A stretch of DNA of 55,907 nucleotides, the filler included, from Catajapyx aquilonaris (Eukaryota), in NCBI GenBank assembly GCA_000934665.2. It is 2 parts of 2 records of this genome, joined end to end, with 100 filler letters (N's around TTAATTAATTAA, not from the genome) between each part and the next. Parts side by side here need not be neighbours in the genome. Positions count along the whole stretch, not along the records: positions 1 to 27,916 come from KZ539260.1; positions 28,017 to 55,907 come from JYFJ02004983.1. The stretch is one strand, 5' to 3'. Under the pieces are notes generated by a model that saw only the letters and a list, made by a program, of their open reading frames with translations, ran no database searches and was not told where the DNA came from. The position numbers and the translations under genes are program-made. Positions 25,301 to 37,371 of this stretch are shown here, piece by piece (positions within the stretch are counted from its first letter, which is position 1; each line of letters starts with the position of its first letter).

Positions 25301-27024
25301 ACCTTGCCTCTACCAACAAGTGGGCCGGAAATTGAATAAGCTTGAGAACCGCATACTTCTTAGGCAGCTTGTTTAGACATGTGGAAGTCGTAAATATTAT
25401 TGTTCCCTTGTACTTACTACATTTCATAGTAAAACAACATTTCCTATGGTCCTCTGTTGATCCTGCATGTCGTACGGAATTATTGCGCTATAGACAGGAT
25501 TAACTGTATTGCTTCCGGTGCTGTATTCTGGTGTTCGTAACACCAGGACAACTCAATTTTCATTGCTCTCTTGGCTTTTTATGGGTTAAACGATCCTCCT
25601 ACAGGTGGTAACCAACTGTAGGCCGTATCGTTTCAACTCTTGCCTCGTTAGTGGTTCCTATAATGGCCAGATTCCAGGTTGCATTTGCTCGCCATCTGCC
25701 GGAGACAAATGTAACCATTAAGCAGCTGCCAAGAGAGAGGAGGCGAATTACGTCAATAGAACTAGAGGTACTAGTTTTATAGCTATTAATTAAAAATCAA
25801 TTGATAATGGATAAAAAATGGACGAACACGAATTTAGACCAATTATAACAAGTTGCCCATTTATATACAATATGATATACATGAGTAGACAAACTGGGTA
25901 GCCATTTCCTTTCCATATGTGCTCTATAATTTACGTCGTGCATTGTCAACTACAGCATGATTTTATTATGAAGATCAATTTGTTGGAAGTGATTATGTGG
26001 CTTACACCAATTTCATCGTTTTAAGTGATCTTTAAAACGAAATATATAGATAATTTCATTTTGATGCAAAATGGAAGCTGCTGATCAAGTTAGAAGGCCG
26101 GCAGAGATGTTTTATTCAAAGGAACAATATAAACGAGGGAACGGATGCGTCTTCTTATCTTCACGATTCGTGCGGTTGATTGGTCCTCTTGGTATGTTAA
26201 AAGGTTGCGTTAGTAAAAGAGGCTCCTGGATTTAAAACAAATCCAGTTAGGAAATAACAAAACTGCGAAAATGAAAATAAGAGCACATTACCAATTCAAA
26301 CTAGAGCTATCTTCTTCAGCTATTTCAATTATCTGCAACATGCGCATTTTTTATAGTTTGCAGAATGTCAGGCTGCGGATATGAATTCGTCACTCCGTGA
26401 TGCTCACTTTCTTTTTTCAGCTGATCAAAAATATTATGTGGATGCAAAGTATAGGGGTAGGCAACAGCTAAATGTCACTAATGAATTATTTTCATCTTAT
26501 TACATTACACTTAGCTATAGCTTTTTTTCAAGACTGATATCGCGGAATATTGTTGTTTACTAAATCTGCTTCGGGACAGATACGTAACCTTGACAAAACT
26601 GTGAGGAAGCGAAAAATCAGACCGCAGATAATAATATATAGTCGTATCTCGCGAACAACGTACGTGTCAAATATCCTACAATTTATTATATTTCTGATGC
26701 TTTCGCTGCTTTTCGTACTTCCGCTAGTATAACGTGGCAACCGACATCCGGATAAGAAAATGTTGCTTGCTGAAGTAGCAATAATAAGTGTGGATTTTGC
26801 TAGATATTTTGTTCAGAGACTGAATTGCGATAAGTGAAAAGGAAGCCAGATAACTCTGGCCTTGCACTCAAGATCACCTTCTCGAATAATATTGTGTGTG
26901 TAGGACTAATGAAGTACGGTAGGCATGTCGTGGTACAGTATATAAATGAATAAAACTGCCATAATAGTTTCTCATAGCCTAGAGCACACCAGCAGTTGTA
27001 GACTATATTTACAAACATTGTAAT

Positions 27025-27833
27025 CAGTGGTGGAACTTCAAATTCTGGGCCCCACTGCAAGAAATTGTTGTGNNCCCCCCCCCCCCCCATTAAAATGATG
27101 ATAATAATAAAATAATAAAAAGAGAAATCGATGAATTTCAAGACTGTTTCTTTTTAGTAGTACGCGTGTACTAGTAAATGACAACAGAAATTCAATATTA
27201 CAATACAATTTTTTCCAACAATACAAACAAAAATTTAAAATGCTTATTTCTTTCTTTAGCATTAGAAAAGTCGTTGATAACTTCATCAATGTTCATCGCC
27301 TTAGCCTGGGCTCCTTCAATGCTAATAAGTAATGCCAGTCCACGTATTCTGTCCTTGTTCATATAGTAGGTTATTGCGAAGGTAAGTTTTTTAAAATTTT
27401 AAATTTCGAAAACGATCGTTCTGCAGAGGCAGTAGTCACAGGGAGTGTGAGATATATTTAAAAAGCACTGCAGACTTCTGAGTAGTTTGATGCCAAATTT
27501 GAATTATGCCAACAAAAGTAGGTTTGCCAAATCTTTTACAGAAGCGCACTTCCCAATATCAAGACGAAATGTCTTTTGGAATGATGCAGAGAAATCTCTT
27601 GGGTATGAACTGACAAGCCCTGTTGCAGCAACCTTGATCATCACTTGCCTCGGGCAATTTTTGAGGTTGAAGAATGGCAAACCTGTGGCAATCATCTGTG
27701 TCCCTTCAAATCTAGTCGAAATTTGACCAATGATTATGTCTAGCATTTTATAAAATACACCCCTGTCAGAAATTATTGCATCACCTGTATATTTTGTACA
27801 TTTTTCATTGTAACTTTTAAATTTACTACCCAA
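27025..27833 (-). mobile_element. hAT transposon relic: 3' end plus transposase C-terminal pseudogene (about 27235-27833)
   Basis: The minus strand encodes LTLPVTTASAERSFSK (hAT dimerisation motif), FYKMLDIIIGQISTRF and IDEVINDFSNAKERNKHF*, with stops and frameshifts. hAT-like terminus CAGTGGTGGAAC at 27025. The other end runs toward the gap at 27917. Confidence 0.82.
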
Positions 27834-27916
27834 ATTCCCTGAAAAAAATTATGATGATTCCTTGCACTTAATGAGTAATTATAATACAATTAAAATATTT
27901 CTCACATAGTTATATT

Positions 27917-28015
27917 NNNNNNNNNNNNNNNNNNNNNNNNNNNNNNNNNNNNNNNNNNNNTTAATTAATTAANNNNNNNNNNNNNNNNNNNNNNNNNNNN
28001 NNNNNNNNNNNNNNN
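27917..28015. other. Assembly gap with artificial TTAATTAATTAA linker (27961-27972)
   Basis: A 12-mer with stop codons in all six frames, centred in an N run. Confidence 0.9.
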
Positions 28016-28696
28016 NTTTTACTTTCACCAATGAATTTCTGGCCTGCGATTTACCCCTAGTGTCATTTTCGGGCCGATTGGCCGATTGCACTACAGACAC
28101 TTCCCTTGTGAGTGGTGAGCCGAGCCCACATTTCGCCAGACAGAGTGTTGGTCACATAGACTATGACAGAAGTGAGGGCAGATGTTTGCTACCAGTGGTC
28201 GACATACGACATACGACCTTCGTCGCTGGCTAGTGAGGTGTATGGTCCGGAGATGTCATGTCTGAGCAAATCGTGTGGCAATATGGTGCCAGCAATTTCA
28301 GAATAAGCTCATGAGTGTAAAGGACAACCAGAGACCCGGAATACCAGTCACAACAATTACAGACAGTGTCCTCAAGTGTCCTCACTTCTGCCTTAGTCCA
28401 TGTGACCAACACTCTCTGTCTGGCATGACAGTTCCTGGCGGAATGTCAGCGGCCACGCTCAGCTCGCCACTCGGTCTTGTCCAACGGCTGCTGCTCCTGC
28501 GCCGAAGTTGCAAGTAGGAGCCTATCCGTCCTATAAAGTATAGGAAGGATCAAAGTATCTGCTCACACTCGTTTTTACCCTGTCTGTCACATGGAGTCGA
28601 AACCGTAGCATCGCGAAACTTATTTTTTGACTAGACCTCGTAGTAGAAACTTGTCTGTTATGGAAAACATTCATGGAATGGACCAGTTCTCCTATA

Positions 28697-29176
28697 CAGG
28701 GTGAAGAGAAACTCGCGGACAATCGCCAAGTAGACTGATAGTACTTGTAAAAGAGTAAAACTAATATATATAGGGATGTGCAATTAGTTGTGGGTGCCGT
28801 TGCGTAGAGTTAATACGTACTATAATATATAATTATACTTAATACGCCTTTAAAGTGAAGAGAGCCGGATGGTAAAATATGAGGTAAACACAACAAAGTG
28901 CACGGGTGTCGCACCCGGATTCTTACTCAGACAGGTTTTGATCACCTATTGCACATGGACAATGTGTTATGGACCTAAGGCCTGATTATTTGGAGGCCCT
29001 CGAGCTGGCTTCTACTTCTTTGAAGCTGGCTGAATGGATGTGACGTCACGAAACTTTGACTGCACCGTATGCATTAACTATGCAACAGCGCCCAGAACTA
29101 ATTGCACATCCTTGTATTAGTATTACAAGTACTATCAGTCTACTGGGCGATTGTCCGCGAGTTTCCCTTCACCCTG
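28697..29176. mobile_element. Tc1/mariner-type MITE, 480 bp
   Basis: TA TSDs. TIR CAGGGTGAAG(A/G)GAAACTCGCGGACAATCGCC..., 54 bp with 2 mismatches, extending with indels to about 120 bp. Confidence 0.9.
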
Positions 29177-29451
29177 TATGCAGGTTTCACTGCAGTAATA
29201 AGCAGAGCGGGCACAATACATTTGCAAATGAATTAACTCAGTTTAATTCATTGGGCACTTGCTTCCTAATTAATTCTATGCCCAGTCAATGCCAATTTAC
29301 TGCCATCCAATTTCACATTCATTTTCCAGTGTGTCCCATTCATCATAATTCCATTCATTGCAATGCAATGGTGCAATTCACTAATCAATTCAATTGCAAA
29401 TTGAATAGTGCCCATCACTGCTAATGTCAAAATTATGTCAGCAAATAAACA

Positions 29452-29772
29452 GGAGAGGTGGAGTGGTGCTGCGGTAACGTATACGCCCACGGATGTAAGG
29501 GTCGCGGGTTCGATCCCAAGCCTGGGCATTCCCTCCTTTATCTCATGCAGAGTTGGATCGTCTCTGGCTTCGTCTCGGGTGAGATGCCTTGAGACTAACC
29601 ACCCAGGGAGTTCACAAAATGTACCGTTATAGACATTGCACTTGCACTTTGCACATCCCCTCCCTGTCACCCTGCCCATGGGCCTGGGTGCTTCGTTAAA
29701 GGTTCCAGTATGTATCGTACTACAACAGGATAATAAAGGTCAGTGCTACTCAAGGACGTCAAGCACTACCCG

Positions 29773-29819
<47 letters not shown>
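29452..29819 (+). mobile_element. tRNA-derived SINE with (ATT)n tail
   Basis: A-box-like TGGTGCTGCGG, B box GGTTCGATCCC, (ATT)n at about 29774-29818, degenerate TSD GTCAG(C/AA)AAATAAA on both sides. Confidence 0.8.
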
Positions 29820-29820
<1 letters not shown>

Positions 29821-30087
29821 GTCAGAAAAATAAAAAAGAATCATTACTTTGAGTTTTCTAGAATTATGAGTGTTTTGTTAGACAAAGGGAAGACTGCGTT
29901 CAGTTGGCATTAGGCACATCTCAGATATTAACAGATTATAAATGATGTTGTTAGAAAATACTATTTCTTTCTCCATTATTTTCCTGCAAAAAAAAACATT
30001 AGATATAAAAGCCTTGCAGTTCCACTTTGCTTAGTACATGACCTAGAAGCAAAAAAAGTTTGCAAGATTAAATATGAATTAGTCTTC

Positions 30088-31317
30088 TCACAACTCACCT
30101 GTATTACTTTGAGCTTTTCCCTCCTGAATGGCAGCTTTGACAGCATCTAGAAACTCGCCCCTGTGTGGTCCAGGAACAACATAATGCTGAACCTTCCCTA
30201 CAATCTTGTCCCTTTCTCTAGGATATTCGTGGAAAGCCTTCTCATAGAATTCTGTAATCTCCTTCAAGGCTACCTTCCACTCAGTGGGCTTATATCCCAA
30301 GAGATTCTTCACTTTGGAAATGTCCAGGGCTCCACGAGTCACTGACGGGAAGAAGCTTGACACGTCATCCGACTCTGCCAAGTATGGCTGAACCTATAAT
30401 AAATAACATTGCATTACATGAAAGCCACTTTTCATGTGAAAGGTACTAACCCATTGTTTATTAAGTTCTTCAGCCATGTCTTTCAACAGTTCCTGCAAAG
30501 TGAAGTCCCTATCAAATCCTAGATTGTAAGCTTGGTCCCAACCAGCAGGAGTTTCCATGGAAAGCAGTACAGCCTGGGCAATGTCCTTCACATACACATA
30601 GCTTGTTCTCAGGTCTGTCACACTAGGAGGAATAGGAATGGCTGTGCGGATAGCACTGTTGAACTTGATCCACATGTGATAGATCCACCAGCGGTATGTC
30701 GAATCACGTGCTCCCAGAACATCAGGGAGGCGAAATATGACATAAGGAAAGCCACCTTCATCCCGCTGACGAATCAGCACTTCTTCTCCACCCAGCTTCT
30801 CATCTCCGTATGTGTCATCAGTATTGAACTGCTTCCTCAACACCGGGTCATACGGACGCACCGCATCCGTTTCCAATACTTCTCCGGAATGGTTTTTGTA
30901 TGCACACACTTCATACACCGAGTCCGTGCTGATGTACACATACAACCCTACTTTACCCTTCAGTACCTTGATCGAATCTTTAATGTCCCGTGGTTCAAAC
31001 GCACTGAAGTCAATCACGTAGTCAAACTTGGGTGTCCTCTTGATGACACTCATCAGATCACCGCAATACCCAATTCCATCATCACGGTCGCACACAAAAT
31101 TCTCCACATGCGGCTTGATCCTCTCATTGTAGTCGTAATTGAAAGATCCCCTGTTCATCATGTATATTTCATGCCCCTTACCACTAAGCTGGGACACTGC
31201 CTCTGCACCGATGAACCCATTTCCACCAAACACCAAAATTTTATACTTATCCTTCCCAGGCTTATCAGACATCATGGGCTCAAAGAGCGCCAACAGCAAC
31301 AAGAATACACCCAACAT
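30088..31317 (-). CDS. NAD(P)-dependent epimerase/dehydratase-like (extended/atypical SDR) protein, about 390 aa, 2 exons (31317-30451, 30393-30088)
   Basis: Rossmann motif ILVFGGNGFIG, YISTDSVY and a YxxxK-like YGDEK. A 57-bp GT-AG intron at 30450-30394 (TGG|gttagt...ttatag|GTT) joins ORF 30394..31317 in frame to ORF 30088..30381. Hydrophobic N-terminus MLGVFLLLLALF; C-terminus NTGEL. Confidence 0.9.
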
Positions 31318-32126
31318 GATAAAGAGTCAGGCGAGGAGCAGCCGGCTGGGAACTGGGAAGATGCAGGAAGATGAGGCCCATGGCGGGAGGGACAAGTGGA
31401 GGGGGTGGGGGGCGTGAAGGCCACTACTCCCGAGAGACCACAAAAAAGAAGTCCTTCTGGTTACACTTTGAGGGGGCTGCGGTCGCTGACCTGTCGGCTG
31501 CTGCCTGATGTAACGTGGCTACAGACGACGGTGTTTCGCGCCAATGAATCCAGATTATTATATCGTTTTATTTCAGCAATCGTGTATACATTTTGCTATT
31601 CGGAGGACATTTCTTGTCATATTTAAAATTTTAAATGTTATGTAACTTCGCGCGTCATCAGAATGTCTGAAAAAATGCTCGTTTTAAAATGTAACATAAC
31701 TCGGTGTAAAATTCTGCACGAGTGCGTAACCTCTCCAGTTTTTATGTACGAAAATATTGGTGGTATTTGTCAATATTTAACACCACACGAATTGCAGCGG
31801 TAATTGAGGTTGTTGCCGTGTTTCCTTTATTATGCAGTATCAAACGAAAGGCCGGATGAAAATACTGTTCCCAAGTGCTGTATGTATGACTCCCCTTATT
31901 TCAACAAGATATTATTTTTGTCATCCGTCATATTTACGTCTGGCTGGTTTCATTCCCGCGCCTCCCAGCATCCACCCCAGCACTTAAATAATAAATATCC
32001 ATTATTATTCATACCGGTACGCAATTAGAACAATGTCTACGAAAGAGTTTTCCCGCATTCGATCCTTCCCAAAATGACAATAATTGAATACATTATTTTA
32101 TGAATCATTACACGACACATTTACGT

Positions 32127-32617
32127 ACCATGACTTGTACTCGTCTTTCGACACGCGTATGCCCTGTAATCATCATGGATGGGAAGTGTATAATTACACT
32201 TGCAAGTAGGCCTACTGCTTGTCTACCCGCATTAATAATTGCAGTAATAAACGTGCTTGCTTCTTATTGTTTTGCAGCGGGCCAAGTCATCAACCCAACC
32301 CTTTCCTCGCAATTAACCCATCGAAACTCTATCCACATAAGAATCCTCCGTCCGACCCGGAGATCGAACTCGGGACCTTAGAGGTGGAAGGCTGCGGCGC
32401 AAACCGCTCGGCCACCGTGTCGCACTAAGAAAATGGTAGTACAAAATACAATTAAACAAGTCTGATCTTCATGGTGTCGCATATTCTCTCCGTGTTCGCG
32501 TGGGTTTTCTCGGGGTTCTCCCGTTTCCTCCCACTATCAAAATCCATCACATTAAAGGCAAATGATTATTCAAAAGATGATCCCCTAAGAGGCCCAAGGG
32601 GCCTATCACGGGGTATC

Positions 32618-32692
<75 letters not shown>
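32127..32692. mobile_element. V-domain tRNA SINE split by an inversion: head on - strand (from 32423 downward), V core and (TAT)n tail on + strand (32471-32692)
   Basis: Head TGGCCGAGCGG / GAGTTCGATCTCC on minus. TTCTCTCCGTGTTCGCGTGGGTTTTCTCGGGGTTCTCCCGTTTCCTCCCAC resembles the V-SINE core as recalled. TSD-like TACTACCATTTTCT is present as inverted copies (32428-32441, 32695-32708). Confidence 0.75.
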
Positions 32693-32693
<1 letters not shown>

Positions 32694-33680
32694 CTACTAC
32701 CATTTTCTAGTACCGCGTTAATAAAACTGATATTTAACTAGTTAAAAATTTTGATGCAACCTTACTCGGCGGCTAATTAGTTCTAATGAATCTGCTTATG
32801 GGCATGACATTCCGATGTGGGAATCAACATTGCAATTAATAAACGGCGCGCATTAACGATGTACTGTGCCACCTCTGACAGGCCATGTACTCAGCCAATA
32901 GCAAACAAAAAAATTTAGTCAGCCTCAAATATTTCCTGAAACCCCTAGTATGTGCCCGCATTATCTCTGAAGCAACAAGCAAAAGGCCTTCAACTATAAT
33001 ACCTGTTGCAACTTCCAATCAAAAAAGGCTCCACTCTATGCCTCCTACGACTACCGCTTTGAGGCGCTGACCTGACTGAAACTCAGCCAGTCTCCATGTA
33101 GTGGTCGTCGAGTCAAACATGGCCGCGCGGACTATGTTGTTCCTCAGCCGATTGCCAGCCCGGTATTTGGGGCTGTCTGCCTGGAAGACTGAAGGCAGCG
33201 GGCCATCTGGGAGTCCCTTGAGAAGCCTGGTGGTTTGGAATCACTCGGGTAAGCTCATTCTCCTGAATTAGTGCCGAATTGGTGGGGTTATGCCGGGTGC
33301 GGAATTTGTTGCAATTCATAGTTGGAAAGTGTCTTGTGTGACGAACGAGTGTTGCGTACATTTTGGATCTGAGTGGTACGAAGTTCATGTAAAAGATTTG
33401 TTAATATTCTGGTCGGTTTGTGCGGTTGACACAGATATTGTCAGTTGGTTGGAAGGATGGGGTTGGGCCAAAAATTATGGTTGACTGTCAGATGTATCAA
33501 CTGATTTTCTTGTTTGTGTTGCCCAATTGGGTTGGTGTTTCTGAACTGAACTAACACAAGACATGGAGAAGTGTCATTGAACTGATCTTTATGCTGCTGC
33601 TGTTGTGGAAATATTGGGCCCAATGATAAGGATGTGGCAGTATATTCTGATGAAATATTATTAGCAAGCAGGGCAACAAT

Positions 33681-33788
33681 GAGTGGAATTTTCGTTCTGC
33701 TGCAAGTTACTGCTAATTTAGCAGTACCAGTGTTGGCATTGGTACTGCTAAGTTAGCAGTAACTAGCAGTGGAACGAAAATTCCACCC
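33681..33788. mobile_element. Small palindromic MITE, copy 2
   Basis: Same arms (GTGGAATTTTCGTT...TTAGCAGTACCA / TGGTACTGCTAAGTTAG...CGAAAATTCCACCC) as 18518-18629. Confidence 0.78.
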
Positions 33789-34942
33789 ATTGCGTTTTAT
33801 TCTGAGGAGCCGAGTTCCTACACCTAGTAATACAAATGTTCAATGTATGTTTGCTTAATATTTATATCTTGTTACTTGACATTCAGGATTTTCACTGTTA
33901 TGTACTGATTATTATTTACTGAATTTATCTTGTGACCTACCATTATGTAGGTCTATTGTTATATGTTCACTGAACTTTCACTGAACATTTGTTAGTCAGA
34001 ACTGCATGTTCCATTAGTTTGTGAACTGAAACTGGCCCCCTTCACACAATTTCTTTAACTTCCTTATTGCTGAGTCTATTGATGAGAATAGGATTCAGGC
34101 AATGCCTAAAGAAGTCTCATTGAAGTTTGAGCACATAGTTAAAATGTATTGGTAAGAATTCATGCCTTATGAATCAAAAAATAGCTGGCATTTTTATGTT
34201 GGTGCTGCTTTGTGCATTAGCTCAAGGTCGTTTTGGGATTAGCGATGGCTAGTGAAATGGGGGCATGGGAGAGGCAATAACTTGATGGCTAGGATGTTAA
34301 CCTCTGTCACAGCTATCCTATGGATGGAATCAGGGGCATGAATGAGGCATAAACTTTTAGAGGAATTGAAAGGGCGACTCATCCAAGTTTTATCAAGAAT
34401 CCCGCAATAGATTCTGACATAAGCAATCAGACTTAACCCATTGCTGCATTTATCTTTCTTTTTTTTTACTTAGATGGCTTGCAAGTTAGTGTTTAGTCTC
34501 ATTACCAGAAGAATGTATGATTAATATTATGTACATAATCTTTAATATACGTATTGTTAAAGTGTTACTGTTCATTTCTGGATTTAACACTTCTAGGGAA
34601 ATGGGCTTATTTATTTTACACACACCATCAGATGTCATCATTGTTTGCTTGCTTTTGAGCCCCATGGTCACAGGTCATTCACTGGATATCTACATTCAGT
34701 AGGGTAGTATACAAAAAAATTGATGTCAGCACCCCACTTGTTATCCAGACTATCATTCAAATTACATTATTCCAAAGGACTATCATTGGTAGCAAAGTGT
34801 ATACTTTAGTGCTAGATGTCAGCGAGAGAGCATGAAATCCTTTTGAAAATCACAGGCTGGCGCATAAATAATTACGATACTCTTATTTCTGCACGAATAC
34901 GATCATATATTCACATAATCAGGCACTCCAGAATTGTACTGG

Positions 34943-35179
34943 GTTCAGTGAGGCTTAACGTCTGCCTATTTCTGCCTCTAAGGCTCAACACCGACGTCAG
35001 GGGGTGGTCCTCCTGGAAATTTGGCCACTTTGGGGATCTTTAACGTGCACTCGCGCAATGTCACAAGCACACGGGACCGATGGCTTTACTTCCCCTCCGA
35101 AGGAAGGTGGACTCTCACTTTTCTACCACCCAGAGAAAAGTCACCGACCTCGGCCGGGTTCGAACCCACAACCTTGGGA
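34943..35179 (-). mobile_element. 5'-truncated tRNA-derived SINE
   Basis: 16-bp perfect TSD TCCAGAATTGTACTGG (34927-34942, 35180-35195). B box GGTTCGAACCC on minus; A box missing. Confidence 0.88.
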
Positions 35180-37168
35180 TCCAGAATTGTACTGGAGTTG
35201 ATTGAATCAATTAATATTGATGTGCATTATTGCACCAAACTTATCAACAGAAATTAAGCAGAGTGAGGATAGTTGGGGTGAAAGTGCAGTCACTCAAGAG
35301 TCTTTGATGATTTTATGGATCTGTTGAAAAATTAGAGCTATGAAGCCAAGTTAGGACATAAAAGAGGTTAGATACGTTCTCATTGGCTGTTTAGTTTTTG
35401 CAACAGAATAAAATAATAATCTTTTTATGTTGAAAAAGCACACTTGGCAAGGCCAAGATGCCATCTAGTGCCCTGCATAAGCTTGCAGTTTTGCGCATAT
35501 GTACACATACTTCATTCCCATGCGGAAAAATTTTAGTACCATTTTGTGCTTGAACTACTTTTGCCAGGACCCTTTGATTATCACAAAAACAAAACAATAG
35601 CTCCCATGCACATTTCAACATGGTTAAGGTATTGTCCTTCATATATCAACTCATTATTAGCATAATTATGTGAAAGCATCAGATTTTAATGAATTCTGTA
35701 CAGGATGTTTCAAAATGATCATACACAGAATCTTCATGCAAATGTAAGGCAAAATGGTTCTACAAGATTTATCATAATTTAGCCATCTAATGGTGATATT
35801 AAGGATGAATGGTCATGACATCCCTGCTCAGTTGCTGCTTGAACACAGACACGTCCATACATCTGTCCACCAGGACAAAATGCTTGCCGCAGAATGGAGT
35901 GATGGAACGGCATAGTAAACAGCCAGATCGCCAAGGAAATGTCTGACCCAGGGGATGCTAGTTGGCGGTCATCCCTCAGACGATAGTGTTTGTGCCATGA
36001 TGTAACGTGTGTGGAACGTCCATACATGGGTTCTCCAAGACGAACTGCTCGCCACAGATTATGTAGTTAATAGAACAAAATGTGATACTTGTCCAAGTTA
36101 TATCAGGCTAGCATTACTTTAGGGAACCTTGAAAGGTGAGATCTGCCATGTTAAGTGGGTAGTTGCTAGCCACGAAGTTACAAATGCCAGGTCATGGCTT
36201 GGGAGCTATCCCAGAAATCACACATCTTATTCAGCATTACAGTACTTTGTGCCATAAGCAAGTTTAAAATAATTTGATGTGACAAGTGGCTGCAACTGTA
36301 ATGAAATAGTGACCACACAGAAAATCAGTACAATTACCCCATTTTTGCAGTACTCAAGTGGCATGGCTGTAAAATCAGGGGTGACCAGAATTTTTAAACT
36401 GCCCACCTGGTGGTATTCTGTTGGCCCAAAATCTAGGGAATCAGAAATCACTGTAAGAGAGCATATTTCTAAGAATCTCCAATGAAATCTCACCTAAAGA
36501 CAAATGTCCTGAATTCCATTCATTTCCCCCTCAGAACACCTGTTTTCCCATGTCTTACAGTATATTATGACAGTATTACCCCATGGATTGGCAAGGTCTC
36601 AAGGGGTGTGGTCACATTCTGGGGAGAAACTGCCCTGAAAATATGGTTACAGTTAGGGTGGCACATCTTGAGAAAAAATAACTCCAGTATTCGCTGGTCA
36701 CCGTTGTTTTATACTGGCATGCCTCTCGATGTGAAAAAATGTAGTGCATAAGTTATGATGTAATTGTTAAACTAAGTTATGTAGTTGATGAAGTCACAAA
36801 ATCATCCAACATCTCCACTATGAGTCAAATTGGAAATTATAGACCAATTTTACATATCATTAGGCCTATTCGTTTGGAAAGACTAACCCTTACTGGTGTG
36901 CGGGACGCGGCAGGGGGAGTGGTGGCTGGGGGCAGCTTGGCTATGTCGCAAAGGCAGATTTATTTTTTGGATTTTGGAAGGGGTATGCTGTACCAACCTA
37001 ACCTTCCTTCCTTCCTTCCTTGCGGATACAGACCTATCCTCAGCGGATACATGCCTATCGTTTATCCTTGCCTTTGCGATACAGCCTGCTGCCCCCACCG
37101 ACTACTACCATCCCGCCTCCCGCACGCCAGTAAGGCCAACTCTACCCTAACAAAGTCTTACACTAGCC

Positions 37169-37371
37169 CAGTGGTTTCCAACCGGGGGGGTCGCAAGCCT
37201 TGGTTCAACTTTTTTGTTTGTAATTTCTGTGTCAATTGAACCATTTTTGCGGCCGTACAGAGTGTCTGTTTTCTGGAAAGGGGGCAGTTGTAGGGGGAGG
37301 GGAGGAAGGGGTCGCACATTTATGGAAACATGTTTAGGGGGTCGCAGTTGGTAAAAGGTTGGAAGCCGCTG
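37169..37371. mobile_element. hAT-type MITE
   Basis: Perfect 8-bp TSD CACTAGCC, TIR CAGTGGTTTCCAACC / GGTTGGAAGCCGCTG, internal GGGGTCGC repeats. Confidence 0.92.

Noticed and set aside
27961..27972. TTAATTAATTAA palindrome inside Ns
   Set aside because: Artificial contig-join linker; it also means adjacency across this gap is uncertain.
28531..28690. Possible LINE C-terminal fragment (STTRSSQKISFAMLRFRL) on minus
   Set aside because: Too short and degenerate to call without a search.
30532..31374. 280-aa plus-strand ORF
   Set aside because: Antisense shadow of the epimerase exon with no recognisable motifs.
32471..32710. Poly-Tyr, poly-Ile and poly-Cys/Val ORFs here and at 29636-29833 and 21263-21561
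   Set aside because: Translations of (TAT)n, (ATT)n and (CAA)n microsatellites in SINE tails or MITEs.
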